NCBI GenBank assembly: GCA_965644295.1
Contig: CBFFRP010000211.1
Span: 50,585 to 114,584, forward strand
Reading direction: 5' to 3'
DNA: 64,000 nt
From: Paraphysomonas bandaiensis
Taxonomy: Eukaryota > Protista > Chrysophyceae
The notes under the pieces were generated by a model, which saw only the letters and a program-made list of their open reading frames with translations, had not been told where the DNA came from and searched no databases. Every line of letters starts with the position of its first letter. The first letter of the stretch is position 1. Positions 21,956 through 34,561 of the stretch are shown one piece after another. The position numbers were made by a program, and so were the translations under genes.

Positions 21956-23224
21956 CAGGTAGAGTTGCTTGAAGAGTTGTTCGTATTTTGAACTTTTTTT
22001 GTTCGTGCATATTTTTTGTCAGCTACGTAGGTGAAGTCACTTATATTGAGGCCTACATTACAACTACCTCTTTGGCTGTTCTGGACTGAAATAACGTCTA
22101 TACTATTTCAAATAGTCAAATGTTGATATGCTGCTCGAGTTGAGTCCGGATAACTTTGCATTCCTTATCAATGGGCTATATTTTAAATACAGCGTGTAAA
22201 ATCGGTTCTATGTCGTAGGTCAAAGGCGACAGCATATATAACCTACAATTATGTCATAGATTTGGTTTTGTATATCTACTATATATGTCTGCTTAATATT
22301 ACTATCTCAATGAATTCATGCATAGTTAGTACTGACAATGGTATTGTTATGCCCTTATAAGTGTTTACACAGATTTCCGTTTCTTTTTTAACTTATACAA
22401 GTTATGCTTTACCCTTTACGATAGCATTGTACGTCGCCAGAGCTTAGAAAGCACGGATAATAGAACTGACCTAAACCGTTTTTAGCTATCATCTAGAACC
22501 TAGAGCTATTCTCATAACTAAGCCTGATATGATCTTAATAGTCATATATCTGACCTAACTAAGGTTGCTAAATACTTCTTATCTCATACACTACCCACAG
22601 CCCACTACCTATATCATCTCCCCTTGTCCTTGTCCCATAATGCTACAAGCTACATGCTGCACGTTACACGTGCATACTTGTTGGACAAAAAAGTATAAAT
22701 GCCCAACATATTTGCTTCATCACAGCGTAGAAAACTCCAACATGAAAGTGCATAATTATATACATTTACAATTGAAACAATATATTTCTATTATTTATAT
22801 GTTAGGGTGTCTTTTATGATGATAAAACTTCAGAAACATAATCGGCTTCTACGAGTTCTTTTGAAAAGCGTTGATTTTTGCGTGATTTGAAATATATTGT
22901 ACCGTTTTAGCTGTAGCTAGGACTACAACATCAGGAGAGGGCGAAACAACTAGTCAGCAATACAACCACAACCAACAACATATTCTGTGGTACAGCTGCG
23001 TAGACAGCAACAATGTAATCGTAAGTGTCATTATTATTAATAATTTTTACCAATTAATACTTCATGCATAGGGAAGCATTAGCTAGCCAATAGTCATTCA
23101 TAAATTAGACACTCGAACTAGTACTCATTGAATGTAAGTGTTACCAAAAACATCATTTCGAGAAACAGAGTAAATGGGTTAAAGCATTGTGATTAATCAC
23201 ATTATAGTGAAAAATAAACAATGT

Positions 23225-24294
23225 TCAAGGAGAAAAATCAGCTGTCGATGTAATATTGACTCCTCCAGCCCGCATGTCTTCAATGAACTGAGAACCCGAC
23301 TCCTCAAATCCTGGGACCGGAGACGACGCTGCACATTTAATCAGACACAAAGAAACTAGCATAAATCAATAGTACCATCGGAAAGAAGGTAGATCATAGA
23401 GGGAGAAAGGTTGGGTGTCTCCAAAACACGGTTGTATATATCCCGAACTGTGAAGTTTACGCAGTGGGAGAGGGCTTGTCCACAGACCACAAGCTACAAG
23501 TATTTGACACTTAGACGCGCTGCCTCAACATGTCATATATTTCTAGAACCTTTTCCGTGTTCACACAGCCGTCAAAGAGCGCCGCATTGAAGTTGTCATC
23601 ACGATCATCCATAGGGACCTCAGCAGATATCGCGCTGTACATTTCAGTCATGCAATTCTCCCCCTTACGAGAGTAGTGAACAGTCTTCAGGTTGTCATTC
23701 GCCCACTCCTGGAGGGCATCATTGACAGTGGGATATACGTTGTGACCCTGGGTTCCAATCTACAGAAAAATACATTACTGTTGGTAGATATCCGAATTGT
23801 ATGGTTTCACTCACCAGACAGTGCTCAGGCCAAATGCACAGGACAAATCGACCCTTGTCCTCAAGAATTTTGGTGTAGGTCTTAGCCCACTCCTAACGCA
23901 CAAGTCATAACAAAGAGCAAACCGAATAATAACGTACCAGGTGCTCAGATATTCTAGGAGTCCAGGTTCCGTCACACACTTCACTGTGTTTGATGAGTGT
24001 GAAGGGCGCGGGGCTCTCTCCTCTTGAGTTCTTCCAGAACGCGCCGTGAGCAATATGCAGTTTCTGAGAAGTATTAATGACCGCTCACAGTAACTGAAGT
24101 GATAGTCTTACATGATGAGTGTCGAGGGAGACGTAAATCTCATCGATATCATGCTTGTGCTTGCGAATGAAGTCAGCAGTGCGCTGGCTGTCCTCTATGG
24201 CACCCGGAACACCAAGAGACCCACCCGGATGAAAGTCATTCTGAGGATCTATGATCAAGAGTACCACTTTATTCTTTACGGTAAACATTGCCAT
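23225..24294 (-). CDS. Nicotinamidase/pyrazinamidase-like cysteine hydrolase (isochorismatase superfamily), 6 exons
   Basis: Spliced motifs IIDPQNDFHPGGSL, SLDTHH, HIAH, IWPEHCLIGTQGH, GQALSHCVNFTVRD; five GT-AG introns. Confidence 0.88.
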
Positions 24295-24473
24295 TTCAGA
24301 GGCAGAATAGTTGAATCCTATCACGTTAATATGAATATGGGGAACATGCCATGCTTAAAACTACCAACAAACACAACTAGCGATCCACACAGCAACATAT
24401 CTACCTACCTACAGTACCTCCGTCGTACCTACCTACAGTACCTACCTACCTATATATATACAGTACATACACA

Positions 24474-24644
24474 CATACATACATACATGCATACATACAT
24501 ACATACATACATACATACATACATACATACATACATACATACATACATACATACATACATACATACATACATACATACATACATACATACATACATACAT
24601 ACATACATACATACATACATACATACATACATACATACATACAT
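24474..24644 (+). repeat. (ATAC)n microsatellite, about 42 units, in a divergent intergenic region
   Basis: Direct reading of the sequence. Confidence 0.98.
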
Positions 24645-24777
24645 GCTGTAGATGGAGCAGTATACAGTCATCATGTAGATGTATGTTTGTTTGTAATGAT
24701 AAATGAGTCAATATAATAAATAGACACCTCAACCACCTTCCTCTGAGTAACTATCTCGTATACTGAGTGATATTTCT

Positions 24778-27700
24778 ATGGAAGGCGAAGAGCGTGCCAT
24801 ATTGGAATGGATCAACACCTTCGAATCCGTCCCGGAGTGTAAATCTGTGTCTGCTCTTAGCAGCGGGAGTACAGTGGGCCTCATGCTAGCGGAAATGTTG
24901 TTTCTTTCTGTGGATACTTTTATGTCTTATTTTTTTTAATAGTGAACCCTCGTACTTCGAGAGTCTTGGAAGTATCGCCGAGTCAGACAATTGGCGCATT
25001 AATTCGTCTAATATATCCAAAATTTTGAGGTTCGTGATAGTGGTGTGTGTTGACTTGTCTCACATAGGATCTAGAAAACTCGATGAATATTTCAAGGAAG
25101 TACTTCAGAAAGGAATTGATACATCTAGTGTGGATGTGAATGCTATTGGTAAGTGGGCTCGTATATTTTCTGTGAATTTGTTTGTTTATGTGTCCTGACT
25201 GCAACTATAGCCCGAGGCCAAGAGTCACAGAGTATACTGGGCCTAATTGAAATAGTTATTGGAGTAGCGGTGCTATGTGAGAACAAGGCTCAGTTTATTC
25301 AGAATATATTTTCACTGGACCAAGACGCACAGGTACTCGTCTAATAGTGCTCTACTTAGAAAATGGACAACCATACATTTTCTTTGTGATGTTCAAATGT
25401 AATGCCTGCCTTTTCTTCTGGTTGGCAGGTTGTCTTAAAGGACATCGTGGAGAATGTTATGGGTCGCATGTACGACCTGGAAACCGACCATTCCCCTGGT
25501 GAGGATGGTGAGGATTCAGCAATACTTCGGACTGAACTGCAAAAGTACGTAATATTCCTGACTGCCATGGTTTGTGCTTACAGCCCTTCACTATTTCTAT
25601 ATCAACGAATTAGCATCTTTTTTGTTAGTTGTTTAATAACAAATTAAAATAGTGCGGAGGAAATTATTTCGAATCAGAAAGCTGAGATAGAGGAACTCCG
25701 GGCGACTTTTGCTGAAGTGGTTGCCGCTAATACGGCGCTCAAGCAAGAAGTGGAGGCGCTGAAAGAATCGGTATGTGCACTGCCGATTTTGTGTGTTCTC
25801 TGAGGGTACTGTTTATGTGGTAACAGGAATTCAGACGAGAAGTTGACAAGGACAGCGACCGCAGCAAGGCACAGGCTGCAGCAAACGCGCAGTCGCATTT
25901 GAAGGTACGCTCTCTGTGTCCGTGCATTTGTATTTTTTGGACCGGTTGCCAAGTATTATGACTAGGATACATGAAACGTCTTGATTATATTCAACAGATC
26001 GAGCTGGAAGAGGTGAAAGAAAAGTTGAATGCTGCTAATACGGATCTTGAGAGCATGAAATACGAGAATATATCCCTTAAACAAAGGTATAACATAACAT
26101 TCTGTACCAAATACACTGTAGCTGTCCGATTTATCAAATATTTATGTATGTTTAAATCTCTATCGTGGGTTAAATTAAATTTTCACTATGTGTATGTATG
26201 CTTCTTGTATCATGTCGGTGATAGTGTTAATGCAGACTGGAAGAGAACGAACAGATACGGACAAGACTTGAGGTGGAAGCGCTGCAGATGGCAGACGAGA
26301 TCGATCTCGCAAGGTACTGACCATATGTTGTATTTATTTATCAATTGTGTACTGACCGTAATTTTTGTGTATTTATTTGTCAAATGTTGTTGTATGTGTT
26401 TCTGATATTATGGAATACATAGGGACAAATCAGCGAAGCTGGCGAAAGCAGAGGCGACCATTGAAAAATATCAGAAAAAGATGGAAGACATGACTGCATT
26501 GAGGGATCAGGTTAGTCAATTCACAGCACCAGCTATAGGACTCAAGAACGCGATAAATTGTAGAATAAAGAGCTGGAAGAGACACTAGACAAGTATCTGG
26601 AGAAAATACACCAACTGGAGACTGCCAATAAGTCTGCTAACTCTACAACTAAAATGGTTGAAAAGGTCAGCAAATGTGGAATTAGGCGCCGATTGACTGA
26701 GTGTTTTTGTAGTATAAGGACAAATGTGTCGTTCTAGAGCGAGAAAGATTCGAGGCTTTGTCATGTGAGTTTTGTTTTTACGGTTGGTTTTATTAATGCC
26801 ATTTTGTTTAGCTCTAGAAATGAAAGAAGATGAGCTCAACAGACTGAAAGCTGACTATGAATCTGCTCTTGACGCCAGGTTAAAATTGAGAATCACATAT
26901 AAATTGTGTATAACGTTAGCACGCTTTTTATTCTAGGAAATTTCTCGAGGACGAGCTGGCGAATGCGACGTGAGTGAAAATGTTCTTTGCCCTCAATCAC
27001 GCTGACTTACCTTTCGTAGTGCACAGTTGGAAAGCGAAAAATCAGCTGAGGGTGAACGCAGCTCGGGACTTGGTGTGTTTGAAAGTCCAGCTGCACTGAA
27101 GGAGAGGGTAATAAGTGTATACTATTGTGTAATCCGGCTCCTGAACTGTAGTACTGGAACACAGATAAAACAACTGGAGGTTGAGCTGCGGGTAGCGAAG
27201 CGTGACCGCGAGCAGGATGAAGGAGTCTCAAGGGGCGGAGATGACCACGAGGTTGCTATTGACTTGCTCCGGGTATGCGTCTACCTACGGTTATTTTAAA
27301 TATTGAATTATAACGTGGAATATTACTCCAGGCCGAACTAGAAGATACAAGGGCTGCAAAGAAAGAAAGGTCAATAACATATATTTCAGATATGTGTGAA
27401 TTATTTTTTTCGTTAGAGAGGATGCCCTCCTTAATACTAAGAAGCGGCTGGCTGAAACTCAGCACGAGCTTAAGAAAGCAAGTACGTAACCTACTGCGTT
27501 TTGCCTATTTGGCATCGTTTTCTAGAAAGAATGTATGCGCTGTCAATAGATGGAGTACTAACTGTTGTCCGCAGCCGCTGCTCTTGAAGAGGCAGCGAAG
27601 TCAGGAGCCCAAAGTGCTTCTAACAATGACAAAGTGAAAGAGCTGGAGCAACAGGTTCAATTGATTAATACATCGCCCATCATGGCTGTAAACTTGTCTC

Positions 27701-28307
27701 GCTGTCATAGCTATCACTCAAAGTTAATACTTTGAAGCATCTTGAAGGGTTACTAATGGAGAGTGAAACCAAGTTAAATAATGTAGAACGCGACAAGACG
27801 AAGCTCGAAATTTTCGCTAAGCAATCGTTGACTACATTCAAGGATAAGTACATGCTCGCTCTACAGCGATATAAGAACGATAAGAATGCCCTTGAAGCGA
27901 AGTATGTGTGCTGTGCTTTTACATGTGCGGGTAATAATTGTTGCATTTGGTGTAGGTTGCAGACGATGACAGAGAAGCATGAGAAGGAGCAAGAGAAGTT
28001 TAGACGAGAGGAGCGACTCATATTGTCTGCAATGTATGAGGTATGAAGTAGCCTTATAGAATTCTAAAGATGAATTATTTTATATTTGCATATATTGTAG
28101 ATCGGGGTGCAAACTATGGAGAGAAATATTAATCTTCACATTCACGAGAGTGCTACTGCCCCTGTAAGTATATATTTGGTGGTGGCTGCGAATATCATAA
28201 CATGATTACTGTAGTCAACATTTTTGGCTTCTCAACGAGCAGACCAGGATCGTCGCATGAGCATTGGCGCCAGTGGCCACTCCAATCCAGCCACCCCTAT
28301 TCGCTAA
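24778..28307 (+). CDS. HOOK: HOOK-family dynein adaptor (Hook domain + coiled coil), 23 exons
   Basis: Manual splicing through 22 GT-AG introns keeps the frame. N-terminal ILEWINTF, DNWRINSSNI, VIGVAVLCENKAQFIQNIFSLD; DEIDLAR..KLAKAEATIEKYQKKMED; C-terminal REERLILSAMYEIG. Confidence 0.88.
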
Positions 28308-29446
28308 CTCAGAGCTGGCGAGCTGGGTGTATCTTGTAGTTGCTTTTCGATATACTATCATGGTGGATGTAGTCGATTAAATGTGGTAGTAAATTGCATT
28401 GATATAGTAACAATTATGCTTCCTTGATTATTACTAATTATAGTTCTTGACAACAATAATTTTGATACATCCAATGACTGCGTTTCCTTAATACAAAATA
28501 CATATATTGAATTTAGTGTTGATGTATAATGTATATCATATTCTTAGAGTTGAATCCAAAGAAATATTCATTAAGTTGCTTATCACCTTCCTCCAAGTGT
28601 ACTAGTCAGCAGAATAGCTCTATTATAGTGTTACCAAACAAAACGCAAAGCGAGGCAAACGCTCGCACGTTGCCAGTAGTTAAGAGTTGACAATCTCCAA
28701 CACTCGGAAAAATAGGGATATGAATTGTAACGACAGCCTCATTTTACTCAAGCTTAATATCACAAGTGGAGTTTTGGTTCACCAATATAATTGAGGGTAT
28801 CTTATTTACCGCTCTATACTTTGCTTTTGTCCAGAGTCCCCTAATCAACAAGTAAAGTGAATCACAATAATACTTCTACTCCTGTCCTCATATCCTGCAG
28901 AGTTGTATGCAAACATATGTACTATTAATACTATTATTATGAGGCAGGTAGTGTGCATGTAGCATATTGAACGCCAGTAGAGATTCGACGATTAATATAC
29001 ACGACAGTGAGAGTGTAGCCCTCACCTCACACATATCTCTGTATCCATACAGAGTAGATACATCCACATCGCCCACATCCTCTGGACACATCTGCATGTC
29101 GTCATCTAACATCATCACACAACTGCTCTGTGTGCAACCATCTGTACAGTACATGTATTTCACAGTATTCCATGATATTACAATATACTGTGTACTGTAT
29201 AATATGATATATGTACTGTATATCATGTTGATATACCACAGTAGTCTGCGCAAGTATGGGTATACAGCAGCAGTATAGCAAGCGTACAGCACTATCGGCT
29301 CACAGCAAGGAGATGCAATGTGGTTGTTAAGTGCATGGACATTCAACGGCGATTGGGTATAGTACATAATAATAATGCAAGCCCATGTTATTGTATATCG
29401 AAAATAGAAATGGAACGAGTATCTGTGGTCATATTCATCAACTGAA

Positions 29447-30595
29447 ATGCCGAGTAGGATACGTAGGTCAAAATTATTCCTCTACTGCTTCTCATCGCTA
29501 ATTTTATGGATTATATTTATATATGTTGTGTTTGTTCGGCGGTATAACTCGAAAGAAACGCAGTCAAAGTCGTTACGAAGCGACCCTGTTACAGATGCTA
29601 TTTCTCAAGAGCAGATAGTTGCTCCCATAGTTCCTCGACACAAGTCAGAGTTCCTTTGCTTATTTAATCCCGAGACTCTACCATCCGTTGTATGGTCACA
29701 CCGGGCCCATAGTGGAGACAATGAGCTGGATGGCTCCAGAAATGCTGTATCGAAACTAATTTCTCAAGGCATATGCAATTTTGACGTTGATGTTAGTATA
29801 CTGCCAGACAAATGGATTCCCCGTTTTAATTCTAGATTTGTTGTTGCTCATCCCACCCTGCTAAAGGAAAGCGCCAGTTTAAGTAACTTTCAAACAGTGG
29901 AATCTTTTCTTTATCAGGTAATGCGGTGTATGGAGCCTTTACACTTCAGCCCTGGAATGAGCCGTCATATTGATCCTTTTGTAACTCTTGAGCCAAAGTT
30001 TGAAAATATTAGTGATATTATCTTTTTACTAGAGACCGTGGATAAGGTTGTAATGGGTACTACAGGACATGCTGCAGTAATAGTAAGGGATATGGTAACA
30101 TTACAGGCCGTTCAAGAGTTTCATATCAGTCGTTGGCGCAGTTTTCAGGATGGCACCCATCGATTTCATGGTAGGGAGCCTCCGATACCGGTAGCTGTAG
30201 CTTATCGATCCACAACATCTCACGAACGACTCTACCCAGATATCCCTTGGCCTTTGTCCTCCATTCCTTTATCAGATAGCCCTACGGTTGCGATTCCCCG
30301 TCATCTGAGTATATCAACGCGCACTCTAACCCCTGGAAGCTATAGTGCCCCCCTACTTCGTCAGATTCATATGCCGGATGTGCAACTACTGATCTCGAAC
30401 AATAGAGAACATACCCCGTATCAATTCATCCGTAACGGAGACACCGAAGCGGACCCAGTTATAGCATGGGTTGTGGATACAGAGGATATGATGTGGCGAG
30501 CCCTAGACGCAGGTGCTGATGCCGTGATTAGTAATAGACCGATAGAACTATTAAATATTCTCCGCACTAGATATCATGAGTTATGTTTAAATTAA
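29447..30595 (+). CDS. Glycerophosphodiester phosphodiesterase (GDPD)-like protein with N-terminal membrane anchor
   Basis: WSHRA, FDVDV, FVVAHP, TLEPK, AWVVD...GADAVISNRP; hydrophobic helix at about aa 10-30. Confidence 0.75.
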   Translation: MPSRIRRSKLFLYCFSSLILWIIFIYVVFVRRYNSKETQSKSLRSDPVTDAISQEQIVAPIVPRHKSEFLCLFNPETLPSVVWSHRAHSGDNELDGSRNAVSKLISQGICNFDVDVSILPDKWIPRFNSRFVVAHPTLLKESASLSNFQTVESFLYQVMRCMEPLHFSPGMSRHIDPFVTLEPKFENISDIIFLLETVDKVVMGTTGHAAVIVRDMVTLQAVQEFHISRWRSFQDGTHRFHGREPPIPVAVAYRSTTSHERLYPDIPWPLSSIPLSDSPTVAIPRHLSISTRTLTPGSYSAPLLRQIHMPDVQLLISNNREHTPYQFIRNGDTEADPVIAWVVDTEDMMWRALDAGADAVISNRPIELLNILRTRYHELCLN

Positions 30596-31839
30596 GGAAA
30601 TATATCGTAGTATACATCAGGTCATTATTAACGAGATCTCTTTGATTGCTTATTCCAAAATCTACATAGACATGGTAAAGTTTGATTTAATAAACGACCT
30701 ACTTCTACGCTGCTACGGCAACATCAAATTTTCCTCAATCGTAATAATTCATCTCTTCAACTTAGCTTTACTTTGCAGTTCCTCTGTATACTGTATAGTG
30801 AGTACGTATAATGTATAATGTATTGACAAGTAGTCACAACTGCACCTTGGTCTCAAATGCCATGAAATTTTCTTATTCAACTTTTTGACACCGCACATTA
30901 GCTGTAACATCGGGTTAGATTTGAAATCTTTGCAATGGAGAATGATATTAAAAAGCTTCACATGTAGTAACTATAAAATAATAACTGTTTTTCGATTTTA
31001 TATTTCGAAAGCCTAAGTGTAGTGTAAAGCATTTCGTTGCTTATTACGTCTTCTGGCGAAAACACTAACCTTATATAGTCTAAAACACAGACAAGGGACA
31101 GTGAATAGCAATTCGTATTGTTAGCCTAAATCGTATTAATTCCACTGCTATACTTGCAAGTAGCAGAGCTGATACGGGAACAGGTTTTCAGAGAAATGTG
31201 TAGTGAGAGTAATATATTTTACGTCATTATTAAAGCATTTAGTAATTAGATCTGATAGACCATCAAAATATAAGAAGTGACCTTGCACATGAATATGTTC
31301 TTAGTCAATATGAACACCTGTTCCATGCAACACATATGAATGTTGCATTTCTCTGTGAAGCACAATACATATATGATACTGTTGCTTACAATTCATATAT
31401 GATGCGCACGCTCACTGCGTATTATTCTAGATCTGTTATCTCTGACGCCCTTCCATAACCTACAGTTACTACCCACTCTCAATTCCCCCCACTACGCATT
31501 TATTCCAACATCCTTATTATGATTTTCTCGTGTGTCCATCTTAGGAGATGCATCTAGTGCAGCACCGCATATTATCTAGTTAATTAAGTACGTACCCCGG
31601 ATCAAAGTTCGTCACTTTGTGCCCTCGAAAATCCCCTCTTACGAATTGTAGATACATTTTTATACAGATACTGTATATATTAATACTGGCCACCCACCCA
31701 CATGTTGGATACGTACGTACTTGCAGGTACTGCTAAGTGTGTCATAATCAACGCGATGGTTCGCGTGATCATCACACACGTATGAGACAACAGAAGTCAT
31801 CACTTTCTTAGATTTACTCCACAATCATTATCCAAAAAC

Positions 31840-32730
31840 ATGGGAGCGTGTGAAAGCGCAGCCTCTGTGCGTGCCTTTAGCCCGAAACAAACATCCGGAA
31901 ATAAGTTTTTATTCCCTCCCTTACCTCCTGCAGACACCTGTCAGCTCTTTGACGCGAGACTAGAGAACACTGATGACATTGACTGTACTAGAGAATGGTC
32001 TCAACTACTTGCTATTAGAGTGTCGAGTGAATCGTTTGATATACTGAGTAAAGTGTCTATGGAGCATTTGACTTTAATCCCCTACAACTGCATTGTCGGC
32101 TGGAAGGGTTCCTCAAGGCACTTCTACTTGAAAGTTAATCCGAAATTCTTTGGTAAAAGTAGCATCACGACACTTAAATTCAGAACCTCCGCTGGAAAAG
32201 ATATTCAAAAGTCAATGATAACTTCGTTTGAGAATTTTCAATACTATGTTTTTGATCATGCACTGCACGACGAAGATATGCCCCACATACTTCAGCTGCT
32301 ATTTAATACCAGGGTTAACAGCAATGATGAAGTTACGGTATCTTTAAGCCCTAATTGGGATGAGATATGTGACGCAGAGTTAGGCGGAAAACTTTTCTCT
32401 GCGACACAGGCAATTGAAGTTCTCTCTGCAGTCCCGCAGACTGAATTCAGTACCCTAATGTCGGTCTGTTGTTTTCTGTACTATCGAATGTTGCATAGAG
32501 ACTCTTTTGACCTTATTCTGACGGCAATTACAAACAAAGAATACAGGAAGAAAATTTCACAAAAAGTACAATGCATGAAACAAAGACCATACTGGGCGCC
32601 ATCTTCTAGCACTACTACAACTGTTTCTGATGCAACAGAAGATAGTGTAGACCGGTCTGCCACTTACAGGCCCTCCCCGGGAAAGCCTATTGGACTTATA
32701 GAAGAATATTCAACTCGGGGTTTTTTCTAA
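31840..32730 (+). CDS. Hypothetical protein, predicted N-acylated, with a PH/FERM-C-like segment
   Basis: 296-aa ORF with good ATG context (aaaacATGG) and an MGACES N-terminus; domain resemblance is by eye only. Confidence 0.65.
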   Translation: MGACESAASVRAFSPKQTSGNKFLFPPLPPADTCQLFDARLENTDDIDCTREWSQLLAIRVSSESFDILSKVSMEHLTLIPYNCIVGWKGSSRHFYLKVNPKFFGKSSITTLKFRTSAGKDIQKSMITSFENFQYYVFDHALHDEDMPHILQLLFNTRVNSNDEVTVSLSPNWDEICDAELGGKLFSATQAIEVLSAVPQTEFSTLMSVCCFLYYRMLHRDSFDLILTAITNKEYRKKISQKVQCMKQRPYWAPSSSTTTTVSDATEDSVDRSATYRPSPGKPIGLIEEYSTRGFF

Positions 32731-34561
32731 TGTTTTATATAAGAATATATATAAATCTTGCACTAAACAGCGTACTGCTATATTATACCATGTACACTTA
32801 CAACTTTTACTGAGTTTCAAACCTTTTAATACATATAATTCTTTGGTTGTATTGATGTATGGATTGTGTACCATAACTGTAAAATGAGAATGTAGTCGAA
32901 TAAATTAAGTGATTAAATAACAAAGTAACAGTACTCTATGTTTGGAAGAATTACACTATCTTGAAGTTCCTTATGATTCAAGTGTGAACGGTTTCACTTG
33001 TAGTGCATAATATAGAACAATACGTAGTTATTTAATGTTGCTTGGTGATCTTTATGCTAGTTACGGTAAGACCTCGTTAATAAAAGTCAAAGTCTACACT
33101 GCACTAATGTATTCAACAAAGTATACTATATAGTGTTACTAAGTTGTTACTAAGTGTGAATAGAAGTAAGTGTTACTAAGTTGCGACTTGAAGCGTAACA
33201 CACGCTTACAAGCTATATCACTACCTTACAGAGGTTTTAGGAATGCAAATAACTTTAGTCGCACGAGGCTTCTTGTTGTCGCACCCCTGCTAGCTGCTAG
33301 TGTGACTGACGCAATTGTCGTGTGTATGATTCTAATACGCACAACATGACACTAACCTTGAAATGACTAAATGTCACTGCTCAATCACCAAACCGAATTC
33401 AAATTGAAATCCTTTTCTGAGTTCTAATGGGGACAAGGAAGTTTCGTCTAATAGTGTTTTATATGCAGAAACGATATTTCAGAAGTCAGACTATAATTTT
33501 TATTATTTACTGTAAATTATTACTGACACCTCACGTAATGTAAGATCCTACTTTGTGAACAGTGCGTCTACTTCAACATACATCTACACATCTACACATA
33601 TATACTATATTTTCATGTTGTCAGGTGAAAACTTGACGACAATGGACACTTTTGATAACAACTTTTAACAACTAATACGTTGCATACCCCATAAGTCGAC
33701 ACACAATGTACAACAAACCTTTGAATTCATACTACGCTATATTACACATATCGGCTTCCACCGTACCCATTACGCCACGCATAAAAATATCCACACATCG
33801 ACAATTAAAGGATCCAGTAATCCGAAATATTTATCACTACCATAAACTCGCGGTCATCCTCATTCCTTTCTATGCTCCATAAGCAATTCTACTCATCCTC
33901 TGTGTGGTTGAATGCAGCGTCATTACGTTTGTGGATATATAACCAGTTCCAGCTCTAAACACGACAACGTTCAATTGATTTCACGCAGCATTATTCACCA
34001 TAATTGGCTATCAGCATTGTATTTGATCCCCGCTGTTATTATCAATTCCAACATCCTGCCGGCGAGTTAAAATATGAATTGAAGTGAAGTCACACCTAAA
34101 AGCGACTCCCGACGATAAATATCTACCTACACGTAACACGGTAAGAGCTATCCACTACATACATAGTGCAGTCTTGATAGGCGCAACATGGGTCAGAGAA
34201 CAGCATTGTCAAACTAGCAGTTGATATCACGATAACTGAATTGATAATTGACAACATACAGCACATCGAATTGGGCGGATGAAAGATACATACTGCTGTA
34301 TATGGTAGTTGTAGTTGTGGTATTCAGAGTTTGTAAATAAATATTTCAGTTTTCTCATAATCTGTTCAAGATACGCCCCACCCGTTGTTTGCATGCATTT
34401 GGTGTGACTCCTTGCAGTGCATACATACATCCATATATTGTTATCGTCATAGCGATATATTCATATGAGGCAATAAGCAGAAAGATTCATAGATTGGTAT
34501 CACTCAACTACATTTACAGCGGCCTAAGTATTAATTAATAGCAATCACACAATAAATCACA

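Noticed and set aside
24112-24732. ORFs reading YIHT.../MYVC...
   Set aside because: Translations of the (ATAC)n microsatellite.
24778-28307. Non-canonical introns or an alternative genetic code
   Set aside because: All traced introns resolve as GT-AG, and conserved proteins translate correctly with the standard code.
28888-29367. 159-aa and 103-aa ORFs upstream of GDPD
   Set aside because: Low-complexity, promoter-like composition with no homology signal.
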